64,000 nt of DNA from Macrostomum lignano (Eukaryota): assembly GCA_002269645.1 (NCBI GenBank), contig NIVC01000558.1, positions 310,001 through 374,000 on the forward strand. The letters are read 5' to 3'. How positions within the stretch are numbered: position 1 is the first letter of the stretch; each line of letters begins with the position of its first letter. The notes below the pieces were generated by a model, which had not been told where the DNA came from, did no database searches, and saw only the letters and a list, made by a program, of their open reading frames with translations. Made by a program: the position numbers and the translations under genes. This document shows positions 1 through 9,310 of this stretch, one piece after another.

Positions 1-1432
1 ATCTCCCTTCAGCTGAAAGCAGTCAGTTCCGATCTGTCCCTTGATCCACTCCAGCGACTCGATGCCCTGATGCTGAGCGGCCAAATGGACGGCCGTGTCA
101 CCTCTAGAGTCAGGAACTGTGAGACAGTCGCTGCCGAGCTCCTTCACCAGCCACTTCAGATTTGAATTGTCAGACTTCTCAGCAGCAATGTGAAATGCTG
201 TTCTATCCAACAATCCCTTCAGCCGAAAGCAGTCAGTTCCGATCTGTCTCTTGATCCACTCCAGCGACTCGATGCCCTGAAGCCAAGCAGCCAAATGGAC
301 GGCCGTGTAACCGTCTTTGTCAGGAACTGTGAGACAGTCGCTGCCGAGCTCCTTCACCAGCCACTTCAGATTTGAATTGTCAGACTTCTCAGCAGCAAAG
401 TGAAATGCCGTTTTATCCAACCATCCCTTCAGCCGAAAGCAGTCAGCTCCGATCTGTCTCTTGATCCACTCCAGCGACTCGATGCCCTGATGCTCAGCGG
501 CCAAATGGACGGCCGTGTCACCGAGTATGTCAGGAACTGTGAGACAGTCGCTGCCGAGCTCCTTCACCAGCCACTTCAGATTTGAATTGTCAGACTTCTT
601 AGCAGCAAAGTGAAATGCTGTTCTATCCAATAATCCCTTCAGCCGAAAGCAGTCAGTTCCGATCTGTCCCTTGATCCACTCCAGCGACTCGATGCCCTGA
701 TGCTGAGCGGCCAAATGGACGGCCGTGGTACCGTATTTGTCAGGAACTGTGAGACAGTCGCTGCCGAGCTCCTTCACCAGCCACTTCAGATTTGAATTGT
801 CAGACTTCTTAGCAGCAAAGTGAAATGCTGTTCTATCATCATCTCCCTTCAGCTGAAAGCAGTCAGTTCCGATCTGTCCCTTGATCCACTCCAGCGACTC
901 GATGCCCTGATGCTGAGCGGCCAAATGGACGGCCGTGTCACCTCTAGAGTCAGGAACTGTGAGACAGTCGCTGCCGAGCTCCTTCACCAGCCACTTCAGA
1001 TTTGAATTGTCAGACTTCTTAGCAGCAAAGTGAAATGCTGTTCTATCATCATCTCCCTTCAGCCGAAAGCAGTCAGTTCCGATCTGTCTCTTGATCCACT
1101 CCAGCGACTCGATGCCCTGATGCTCAGCGGCCAAATGGACGGCCGTGTTACCGCATTTGTCAGGAACTGTGAGACAGTCGCTGCCGAGCTCCTTCACCAG
1201 CCACTTCAGATTTGAATTGTCAGACTTCCGAGCAGCAAAGTGAAATGCCGTTCTCTTCCAGAACCCTCCGTTCAGCCGAAAGCAGTCAGTTCCGATCTGT
1301 CTCTTGATCCACTCCAGCGACTCGATGCCCTGATGCTGAGCGGCCAAATGGACGGCCGTGTCACCGACTTTGTCAGGAACTGTGAGACAGTCGCTGCCGA
1401 GCTCCTTCACCAGCCTCTTCAGACAAGAGTTG
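1..1432 (-). repeat. 210-bp coding tandem repeat, about 7 units (one with a 6-bp in-frame insertion)
   Basis: Units start at 1, 211, 421, 631, 841, 1051 and ~1267; by eye they differ by only about 5-15 of 210 bases. Confidence 0.97.
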
Positions 1433-1836
1433 CTTTTTCTGTTCATAGCGGCAAAGTGAGCGACTGTCTGTTTCAATCTATCGACAATTCTCAAGCAGCC
1501 TCTGCCTCCCTTCTCTTTAACCAGCTTCATCCAAGATTCGTCCTGATGCTGGGCAGCCAAGTGCACTGGAGTCTCGTCCCTATCATTTCCAAGTGTCAGA
1601 CAGTCGGGTCCGAATCTGTCAATCAGCAGCTCCAGGCACGACGAGCTCACCGGCTTGCAGGCCACGTGGTGGGCCAGCGGCATTTTGCGAAGCTCTTCAA
1701 AGGGATAGTCTTGCTTGTCGAACCCGCCCACCTCCAGCTCGATGTTGCTGCCGACCTCACCGCACAGTCGCTGCAGCTGCTCGCTGTCTCCAGCCTCCAG
1801 CGCCGCTCTCAGCTTCCGCTCCATCTCCGTTGCCAT
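1..1836 (-). CDS. Ankyrin-repeat protein, intronless, 3'-partial (runs off window start); N-cap plus divergent ANKs, then about seven 70-aa double-ankyrin modules
   Basis: Manual translation from GCC-ATG-G at 1836 (in-frame TGA upstream at 1908-1906): MATEMERKLRAALEAGDSEQLQRL...DETPVHLAAQHQ...DxxGxTAVHLAAQHQGIESLEWIK...xxDRTAFHFAAxKSDNSNLKWLVKELGSDCLTVP; no stop down to base 1; T-x-x-H-L/F-A-A ankyrin motif every 35 aa. Confidence 0.92.
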   Translation of the reverse strand, partial: MATEMERKLRAALEAGDSEQLQRLCGEVGSNIELEVGGFDKQDYPFEELRKMPLAHHVACKPVSSSCLELLIDRFGPDCLTLGNDRDETPVHLAAQHQDESWMKLVKEKGGRGCLRIVDRLKQTVAHFAAMNRKSNSCLKRLVKELGSDCLTVPDKVGDTAVHLAAQHQGIESLEWIKRQIGTDCFRLNGGFWKRTAFHFAARKSDNSNLKWLVKELGSDCLTVPDKCGNTAVHLAAEHQGIESLEWIKRQIGTDCFRLKGDDDRTAFHFAAKKSDNSNLKWLVKELGSDCLTVPDSRGDTAVHLAAQHQGIESLEWIKGQIGTDCFQLKGDDDRTAFHFAAKKSDNSNLKWLVKELGSDCLTVPDKYGTTAVHLAAQHQGIESLEWIKGQIGTDCFRLKGLLDRTAFHFAAKKSDNSNLKWLVKELGSDCLTVPDILGDTAVHLAAEHQGIESLEWIKRQIGADCFRLKGWLDKTAFHFAAEKSDNSNLKWLVKELGSDCLTVPDKDGYTAVHLAAWLQGIESLEWIKRQIGTDCFRLKGLLDRTAFHIAAEKSDNSNLKWLVKELGSDCLTVPDSRGDTAVHLAAQHQGIESLEWIKGQIGTDCFQLKGD

Positions 1837-2446
1837 GGCTACACGGCTTCTCCTAGCAGCGCTTCTCTGCCGATCTGCTGTCTGCCGCAGCTGTTCCACA
1901 CGGCTTCAAACTGAGTGCTTTGCTCTTCTTCAAGCGAATTCGCCTGCCAGCTCAGCAGCAGCAGCAAAAGTCCCGCTGTCACGGACTGAAATCTCTGAGC
2001 TCTCCCTGTGCAGAGAAATTTGTTTAAATGGACTGAGGCCGATTCTCTTCTCTGACCCAGCGGCTGTGTTTGAGGCCTGATTGGGTGCCAGGGGGCCCGG
2101 CAGCTGCTCTGCTCAGCGGGGTGAGAGATGCAGGAGCAGTGAGATGCTGCGAGCTCTGCTGAGTTAAACAATGAGAGCTGACTGTGGCTGCGTGCTCGGC
2201 ATAGCAAGTGCATTGCCAGTGGGCAGGGGTGAAGGGGCGGCAGCTGAGACACGAGGGGAGAGAGATGGAGAGGGGAGAGAGGGCAGGGCTGAGGCCTGGA
2301 AACCAAGCGGACCTCTCTGACGATTTTCAATTTAGTTTGCAATTGTATGGCAAATATTTTGCAGAAAAATGCTTATAACTGAGGATTTTCTGTTGCTGAA
2401 GTCGAAATAGATGGAGAATGGTCGTTTGGGTTTGCCAGCGACACTT

Positions 2447-2831
2447 TACATCAGTATCTAACAGATTACACCAGTATCTAACAGGTTCTCGTGACATCAG
2501 TATCTAACAGCTGACATCAGTATCTAAGAGGTGACATCGGTATCTAACAGGTGACATCAGTATCTAACAGGTGACATTGGTATCTAACAGGTGACATCAG
2601 TATCTAGCAGGTGACATTAGTATCTAACAGGGGACACCAGTATCTAACAGGTACTCGTAACATCAGTATCTAACAGGTGACATCAGTATCTAACAGGTGA
2701 CATCAATATCTAACAGCTGACATTAGTATCTAACAGGTGACATCAGTATCTAACAGGTGACACCTGTATCTAACCGGTGACATCAGTATCTAACGGGTGA
2801 CATCAGTATCTAACAGGTGACATTAGTATCT
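2447..2831. repeat. 20-bp minisatellite (CATCAGTATCTAACAGGTGA)
   Basis: About 18 imperfect tandem copies visible. Confidence 0.95.
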
Positions 2832-3108
2832 GATCTGGCTTTGAAAAAATTACCTGATCAAAGAAATGATCCATTAAAATTGCTATTTTTTAATTGCTTG
2901 GTTTAGAGGACTGCTGACTTTAACCATACATCCAGGGTGTCCTAGTAGCTTGACTACGGGCTACTGTGGTATATTTCATATTTCATAAATATTTCATGTA
3001 ACATAATATCCGCTAACATCCGCATAGAGGAGCTATCATTTGTAGATGGGCTTATTGGGGAATTAAAGCAAGCTTACGTGCAAATAGTTAATGTTTTTAG
3101 CATAGATA

Positions 3109-3164
3109 TCAACGCTTGACTTCAAACTTGACGTCTTTGCACTCGTTGGTTGTTTCGCAAGAAT
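3109..3164 (-). CDS. Vasopressin/oxytocin-family precursor, exon 3 (neurophysin C-terminus)
   Basis: Acceptor TTTTTTTCTATTTCAG|; (D)SCETTNECKDVKFEVKR-stop; brings the neurophysin to the canonical 14 Cys; joined CDS is 155 aa. Confidence 0.88.
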
Positions 3165-3255
3165 CTGAAATAGAAAAAAAGTCAGTAAAGATATCGGGAT
3201 GCTGAAATATTTTATTTGAAATTTTCTATTTGGTAAAGAAGGAACAGTTTCTTAC

Positions 3256-3498
3256 CAGCAGTGCAGCAGATGCCTCTGGAAGCGCAGCGACCTTTGCCTC
3301 CCAGACAGGGAGTGGCGACGCGACCGCAGCCAAGGACTTTCGCTGGCAGACGGCGGCACGCGGCGGTGTCCGGGCCGAAGCCGACGCGACATCCGCCGTG
3401 GGGGTGACAGCAGACGGCGCGGCCGAAACAGCGGCCCCAGCCGTGGGAGCAGCTCAGGCAGGGACCGTTACTGGTATTGGTTGCCGGTGCATGGCTGC
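3256..3498 (-). CDS. Vasopressin/oxytocin-family precursor, exon 2 (neurophysin core)
   Basis: Acceptor CCCACAG| phase 1; PCLSCSHGWGRCFGRAVCCHPHGGCRVGFGPDTAACRRLPAKVLGCGRVATPCLGGKGRCASRGICCTA; donor G|GTAAGA at 3255. Confidence 0.9.
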
Positions 3499-3624
3499 CT
3501 GTGGGTTTGAAGTTGTGGTAGACTTTAAAATACCTGCGTTTGGATTCGGCGTGCCGTTACATTAATTTGAGGTTCAAGGCCCAGGGCTGGCTGGCCATCT
3601 CAAAATGCCCACAGTGTGCATACT

Positions 3625-3928
3625 GTTGTAGCCCAGTGGTTAGAGCGTCGGACTCACGACTTAAAGGTCGGGGGTTCGATTCCCGATCCCACTCGGAACA
3701 ATTTGTGTCGTTGAGCAAGACACTTAACTCTGCACATTTCTTCAGTTCACCCAGCTGTGAAATGGGTGCCAGCATTAGCTGGGGTAATTGAGGGTGTGCG
3801 TGGCGACCCCCCAGTCCTTGGACTGAACAGCCGTACGCAGCCTTCAGATGCACTGCGCAATAGCTGCGGCTGAGCTGTCGGTTGCACATCTGGCCCAACT
3901 GGGGCAGGTGTAATCAATTATTATTATT
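3625..3928 (+). mobile_element. tRNA-derived SINE with CORE-like central domain, full length, in intron 1 of the neuropeptide gene
   Basis: A box TAGCCCAGTGG, B box GGTTCGATTCC, TGTGTCGTTGAGCAAGACACTTAAC...CAGCTGTGAAATGGG resembling the CORE domain, (ATT)n tail, possible TSD ATACTG. Confidence 0.85.
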
Positions 3929-4098
3929 ATACTGCTGTACACTCTGAGTGTGTACCTGTGTGCTCAGGTGTCCGTGGAATGGCATTGACTGCTGGACTTC
4001 TTGCTGACGGCTGTGGTTATTAAAGCCCCCCCTTCTGATGAGTTGCCTGTTTGGCTTCAAATTTCTGAAGATTTTAAACGTGGCTGCCTGCGACTCAC

Positions 4099-4267
4099 CA
4101 GTCTCATCAGCTTGCATCGACGCCAATTCAAACTCGTCTATCGAGCGTTTCTTCTTGCCGCCTGGCGCACAGTTTTCCATGAAACAGGCGCCGCAGCAAT
4201 GCAACAGGTATGCCAGGCACAGAAGAGTGAGAAGCCTGCGTTGAGCTGTTGTCGTCTTGTAGGTCAT
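4099..4267 (-). CDS. Vasopressin/oxytocin-family precursor, exon 1 (signal peptide, CFMENCAPG-GKKKR, linker)
   Basis: MTYKTTTAQRRLLTLLCLAYLLHCCGA-CFMENCAPG-GKKKR-SIDEF...ET; donor G|GTGAGT at 4098 (phase 1); pyrimidine-rich acceptor just upstream of the ATG implies a 5'UTR intron. Confidence 0.88.
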
Positions 4268-5117
4268 TGTTAGTTTCTGTAAAATAGAAAGAGAAGTATT
4301 CGATGGTAGCTGATACTATCGAAAAAAGCTACAGAACTCTTTACGGTTCCTGGATATTGAAAAGCTGGTAGTCAACTTACCGGTTGAAGAAGATACGAGG
4401 CAGCGCAGCTTGGAAGAAAAAGTTCTGATGAGCTCGAAAGGTTGCCTGTTCAATATTGGCTATTCATTTTTCGCGCTTCTTGCTCTGTCTTTTATAGACA
4501 TTTCCAAATCCGTGAGTAGATGGCTTGGGCTTTGGAGGCGGCGATTTTGTCCCCAATTGGAATAATTATTCACAACATTTGAAGCTCAAGTTTCATTTGC
4601 CCAAATTTTAAATTGGTCCATTTTTCTCATCAGCAATTATAAAATTTTGTGAAAGAAGAAAATTGTCGAAACTTTTTGCCCAATTACTGACAGGGCTCTC
4701 GGTAAAAGAAAAAACGCCTCTTACAAAGCCCCTAAAAAATTATTAGAATAACAGTTTTCGCCTTTCATCTCACATGTTTATACAATTTATACTTTCGTTG
4801 TAATTTCTCGTAAATGAAAACTGTCGTGTTTTTTATTCTCGTTTGTTTTTTTTTTTCTTGCCGTACCAAGAACTTTTGTATCGGATAGAAGATATGGACT
4901 GGAAAGCAGTTGTTAGTTAGTCTTGAGGGATGCTTCTGGGTGTAGTGTCGCAAAGTCGCTTTTCGCTGAACCCCTGAGCACGCATACGGATTATTTACTC
5001 ATACAAAGTGTACGAGTGGCTTTGAACTTTTCAACAATAAAGGATTTCAATAACACGCGGAAAAACCTATAAAAACTCTGGAGCAGAGTCGGTCGTGTTA
5101 GCGCTCTGTCGATTTGT

Positions 5118-5990
5118 CATGAATCTCTTAAAGATATAGATCAAGATCATGAATCTCTTGAAGATATAGATCAAGATCATAAATCTCTTGAAGATATAGA
5201 TCAAGATCATGAATCTCTTGAAGATATAGATCAAGATCATGAATCTCTTGAAGATATAGATCAAGATCATGAATCTCTTGAAGATATAGATCAAGATCAT
5301 GAATCTCTTGAAGATATAGATCAAGATCATGAATCTCTTAAAGATATAGATCAAGATCATGAATCTCTTAAAGATATAGATCAGGATCATGAATCTCTTA
5401 AAGATATAGATCAAGATCATGAATCTCTTAAAGATATAGATCAAGATCATGAATCTCTTGAAGATATTGATCAAGATCATGAATCTCTTAAAGATATAGA
5501 TCAAGATCATGAATCTCTTAAAGATATAGATCAAGATCATGAATCTCTTCAAGATATAGATCAATATCATGAATCTCTTAAAGATATAGATCAAGATCAT
5601 GAATCTCTTGAAGATATAGATCAAGATCATGAATCTCTTGAAGATATAGATCAATATCATGAATCTCTTCAAGATATAGATCAATATCATGAATCTCTTA
5701 AAGATATAGATCAAGATCATGAATCTCTTGAAGATATAGATCAAGATCATGAATCTCTTGAAGATATAGATCAAGATCATGAATCTCTTGAAGATATAGA
5801 TCAATATCATGAATCTCTTAAAGATATAGATCAAGATCATGAATCTCTTAAAGATATAGATCAAGATCATGAATCTCTTGAAGATATAGATCAAGATCAT
5901 GAATCTCTTGAAGATATAGATCAAGATCATGAATCTCTTGAAGATATAGATCAATATCATGAATCTCTTAAAGATATAGATCAATATAAT
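5118..5990. repeat. 30-bp minisatellite (GAATCTCTTGAAGATATAGATCAAGATCAT)
   Basis: About 29 near-perfect tandem copies. Confidence 0.97.
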
Positions 5991-7078
5991 TAATCTCTAG
6001 AAGATAAATCAAGACGTCAATTTGGTAAGTGCATGGACCTCTTAAAAGTTCAGGTTTTAACTAGATACATTGACATGTAAATGTTTTCTAGGGGTAACTT
6101 TCATGGCATCTCAGAAGTCCACCCATGGGACTTGACGTATTGGCGATTCCCCCCAGGAGGCGTTTATGGTTGAGAGGTCAAATACAAGCGTATTCTATGG
6201 TAAAACTGATGTTAACACTGTCCCTAACCTTTTTGTTTGATATGACGCTTCTTTTATGTTAGAGGTGGCATGACATGGTCCATGAACATAAGCAGTGATT
6301 TAGTTGACTCTTTGTCACAGCTTTTCCTTAACAGAACTGTGACACTTTTGAGAGCATGGTCTTATTGTCGTTTGCTGCTTCACTAGCACTGCTGATTATT
6401 TTGCTAATACATTTGCGTGCTAATTTTGTTTTGAATGCTTTCATGTTCTCAACTTCAATCAATATACTAGTATTATATTTATATTCTGACTAAGACATTC
6501 TCCGCAGTGAGTTTAGGGTGGGTGCAAAATTTGCTTTTGTAGAGTTTTCATTTTTATTGCTAGAGATTATAATATAGTTATATAAACATTAGTGTAAACA
6601 ACATTAAATTTAAAGAAAATCAATTTTTTTTCGATTTCCAGTGCCCACTAGCTAAAGTGCCTCAATAATTATAATTAACTACGCAATTATTTAAACAAAA
6701 AAGAAGCAATTTTTCTATTGCTCCATCTTCTATGCCGAAATTTTTCTGCAAAATCACAGCTTGCCGATTGCCGATTTGCGACTTGTTTTTATCGCTTCAA
6801 AGGATTTCCTCCAGAATCTTCATAATTTTAACTCCAATTAAATCTACTCACCACGGTCTTCTTCCTAATTCCTAATGCCTGGCGTTTGAAAATTTTGCGC
6901 GGAGTCTTTTCTAATTTGGCGCAATCGTTTTCCTCATCGGAGAAATTACGGTAATCATTTCTAAGAAAAGAAAAATAAATTTCTCAATCTTCACCCACAA
7001 TTTTCGAGAATACATTAATTCTCACTTTTTTCATTTATTTGCGAAGGATGCGAAGCTTATTGCCACTTGGGGGTTGTC

Positions 7079-7279
7079 GAGGATGACAACGCGCCGCCAC
7101 ACCGAGCCGATGCTGTTAGTCAACCGAAAGAGCAGCTACAGCTGCGCACTCTGCGCTGGCCTTCCCGGTCACCAGGCATGAATCCCATCGAGCATGTCTG
7201 AGACTTCTTAAAACGCAGAATTCGAAAAGAGAATCCACCACAGAATGTTGCGGAGCTGCGTCATGCCATTGAAAACGGA
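7079..7279 (+). pseudogene. Tc1-family (DD34E) transposase C-terminal remnant
   Basis: EDDNAPPHRA...RWPSRSPGMNPIEHV*DFLKRRI...NVAELRHAI; 34 residues between D and E; conserved W replaced by TGA. Confidence 0.8.
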
Positions 7280-8077
7280 TCCCAGATTTCAGATCCCAGA
7301 TCTCAGATCTCAGATCTCAGATCTCAGATCCCAGATCTCAGATCCCAGATCTCAGATCCCAGATCTCAGATCCCAGATCTCAGATCCCAGATCTCAGATC
7401 CCAGATCTCAGATCCCAGATCTCAGATCCCAGATCTCAGATCCCAGATCTCAGATCCCAGATCTCAGATCCCAGATCTCAGATCCCAGATCTCAGATCCC
7501 AGATCTCAGATCCAAGATCTCAGATCCCAGATCTCAGATCCCAGATCTCAGATCCCAGATCTCAGATCCCAGATCTCAGATCCCAGATCTCAGATCCCAG
7601 ATCTCAGATCCCAGATCTCAGATCCCAGATCTCAGATCCCAGATCTCAGATCCCAGATCTCAGATCCCAGATCTCAGATCCCAGATCTCAGATCCCAGAT
7701 CTCAGATCCCAGATCTCAGATCCCAGATCTCAGATCCCAGATCTCAGATCCCAGATCTCAGATCCCAGATCTCAGATCCCAGATCTCAGATCCCAGATCT
7801 CAGATCCCAGATCTCAGATCCCAGATCTCAGATCCCAGATCTCAGATCCCAGATCTCAGATCCCAGATCTCAGATCCCAGATCTCAGATCCCAGATCTCA
7901 GATCCCAGATCTCAGATCCCAGATCTCAGATCCCAGATCTCAGATCCCAGATCTCAGATCCCAGATCTCAGATCCCAGATCTCAGATCCCAGATCTCAGA
8001 TCCCAGATCTCAGATCCCAGATCTCAGATCCCAGATCTCAGATCCCAGATCTCAGATCCCAGATCTCAGATCCCAGA
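7278..8077. repeat. 14-bp minisatellite (CCCAGATCTCAGAT), two 7-bp half-units
   Basis: About 57 near-perfect tandem copies. Confidence 0.97.
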
Positions 8078-8212
8078 TGGCGTGGCGCAGGTGAGCTGCT
8101 TCGTTTCGTTAATTATCTGTCACAAACCTTGCAGATCTGGATTTGAAATGCCGATTAAGAGTTCTAATTTAACTAGTCCTGAAGTTCAGCCCCAAAAAGA
8201 TTTAAAATATAA

Positions 8213-8465
8213 AATCCCAATCCAGAATCCTGAAAGTCAAAATCTCAAATCTCAAATCCCAAATTCCACATCCAAAATCCCAAATCCCAAATCCCAAGTC
8301 CCAAATCCCAAATCTCAAATCCCCTATCCCAAATCCCAAATCCCAAGTCCCAAATCTCAATCCCAAATCGTAAATCACAAATCTCTAATCCCAAGTCCAA
8401 ATCCCAAACCCAAATCCCAAATCCAAAATCTCAAGTCCCACATCTCAAATCCTAAATCCCAAATT
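8213..8465. repeat. Degenerate 7-bp repeat (CCAAATC/TCAAATC)
   Basis: Tandem AAATCCC-type heptamers. Confidence 0.85.
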
Positions 8466-8469
8466 CCGA

Positions 8470-8745
8470 TTCGGATTCACGACGATTCCCGATCCCACTG
8501 GACCAATTTGTGTCTTTGAGCAAGACACTTAGCTCTGCACATTGCTTCAGTTCCCCAGCTGTAAAATGGGTGCCAGCATTAGCTGGGGTAATTGAGGGTT
8601 GTGTTGTGTGGCGACCACCAGTCCTTCGACCGAACAGCCGTACGCAGCCTTCAGATGCGCCGCACAATAGCTGCGGCTGAGCTGTCTGTTAAGCACATGC
8701 ATCTGGCCCAACTTGGGGCAGGTGTAATAAATAATAACAGTAATC
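8470..8745 (+). mobile_element. Second copy of the CORE-like SINE, 5'-truncated
   Basis: Aligns by eye to 3650-3925 including the core and the GCAGGTGTAATAAATAATAA tail; tRNA head partly deleted. Confidence 0.85.
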
Positions 8746-9124
8746 ACTATTATATCTCATGCTGTCGGTTTGCTCCGACCACTGACCAAATAACAACGCT
8801 ATGGACAGCCACAGGATCCGTTCTTGTTGACGTACATGTATGTCTATCCAACACACTGGACCTTCGTCCAGCATGCAAATCGATGCATAACCAGCATCGA
8901 TCTCTGTCGAAATCAACGCATCCTTATGGGTCTCTCCGTGGAAGCGGCATGCTGCGGAAGAATCTGCCTTGCTGCCTTGCCTTGCCTTGATCAAAGTAGG
9001 TGTTTGAGCTTTGACAGGTCCCCCCAGTAAAAGCTATGGATCAGGGACATGCCAATGCTTTGTTTCCCCCACCCCATCAATTGTGTCCCGTAGTTGTGAA
9101 AAGCAATAATTTTGTTTTAGGGCG

Positions 9125-9310
9125 CTAAAATATAGCACCTACGGCGGCGCGAAAATGAGTGCCTGCGGCGCTAAAATGAGTGTCTGCGGCTCTAAAATGA
9201 GTGCCTGCGGCTCTAAAATGAGTGTCTGTGGCTCTAAAATGAGTGTCTGCGGCTCTAAAATGAGTGCCTGCGGGGCTAAAATGAGTGTCTGCGGCTCTAA
9301 AATGAGCGCT
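9125..9310. repeat. 21-bp tandem repeat (AAAATGAGTGYCTGCGGCTCT), related to the subterminal repeats at 13575-13640
   Basis: About 8 copies; reverse complement of the motif recurs in the insertion within the Ngaro element. Confidence 0.85.

Noticed and set aside
1-1432. CRISPR array or diversity-generating retroelement reading of the constant/variable repeat pattern
   Set aside because: Units are 210-bp in-frame coding modules with no spacers or cas genes; changes are not visibly adenine-restricted, there is no template repeat, and both RTs in the window belong to ordinary retrotransposons
190-1914. Repeated 61-aa plus-strand ORFs and the 224-aa ORF
   Set aside because: Antisense shadows of the minus-strand ankyrin ORF; no recognisable motifs
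3625-3700. tRNA genes here and at 39800-39880
   Set aside because: A/B boxes present, but no full cloverleaf and each continues into a shared SINE body
3557-4098. Read-through extension of neuropeptide exon 1 (frame is nearly continuous if the SINE is removed)
   Set aside because: A TAA remains at 3557-3559, and a canonical GTGAGT donor with matching phase gives a cleaner model
5067-5984. 305-aa ORF and other long ORFs in satellites (7245-8519, 25298-26056, 32537-35980, 36262-36711, 37005-37645, 60715-61230)
   Set aside because: Stop-free frames produced by tandem repeat units; most lie inside introns of identified genes
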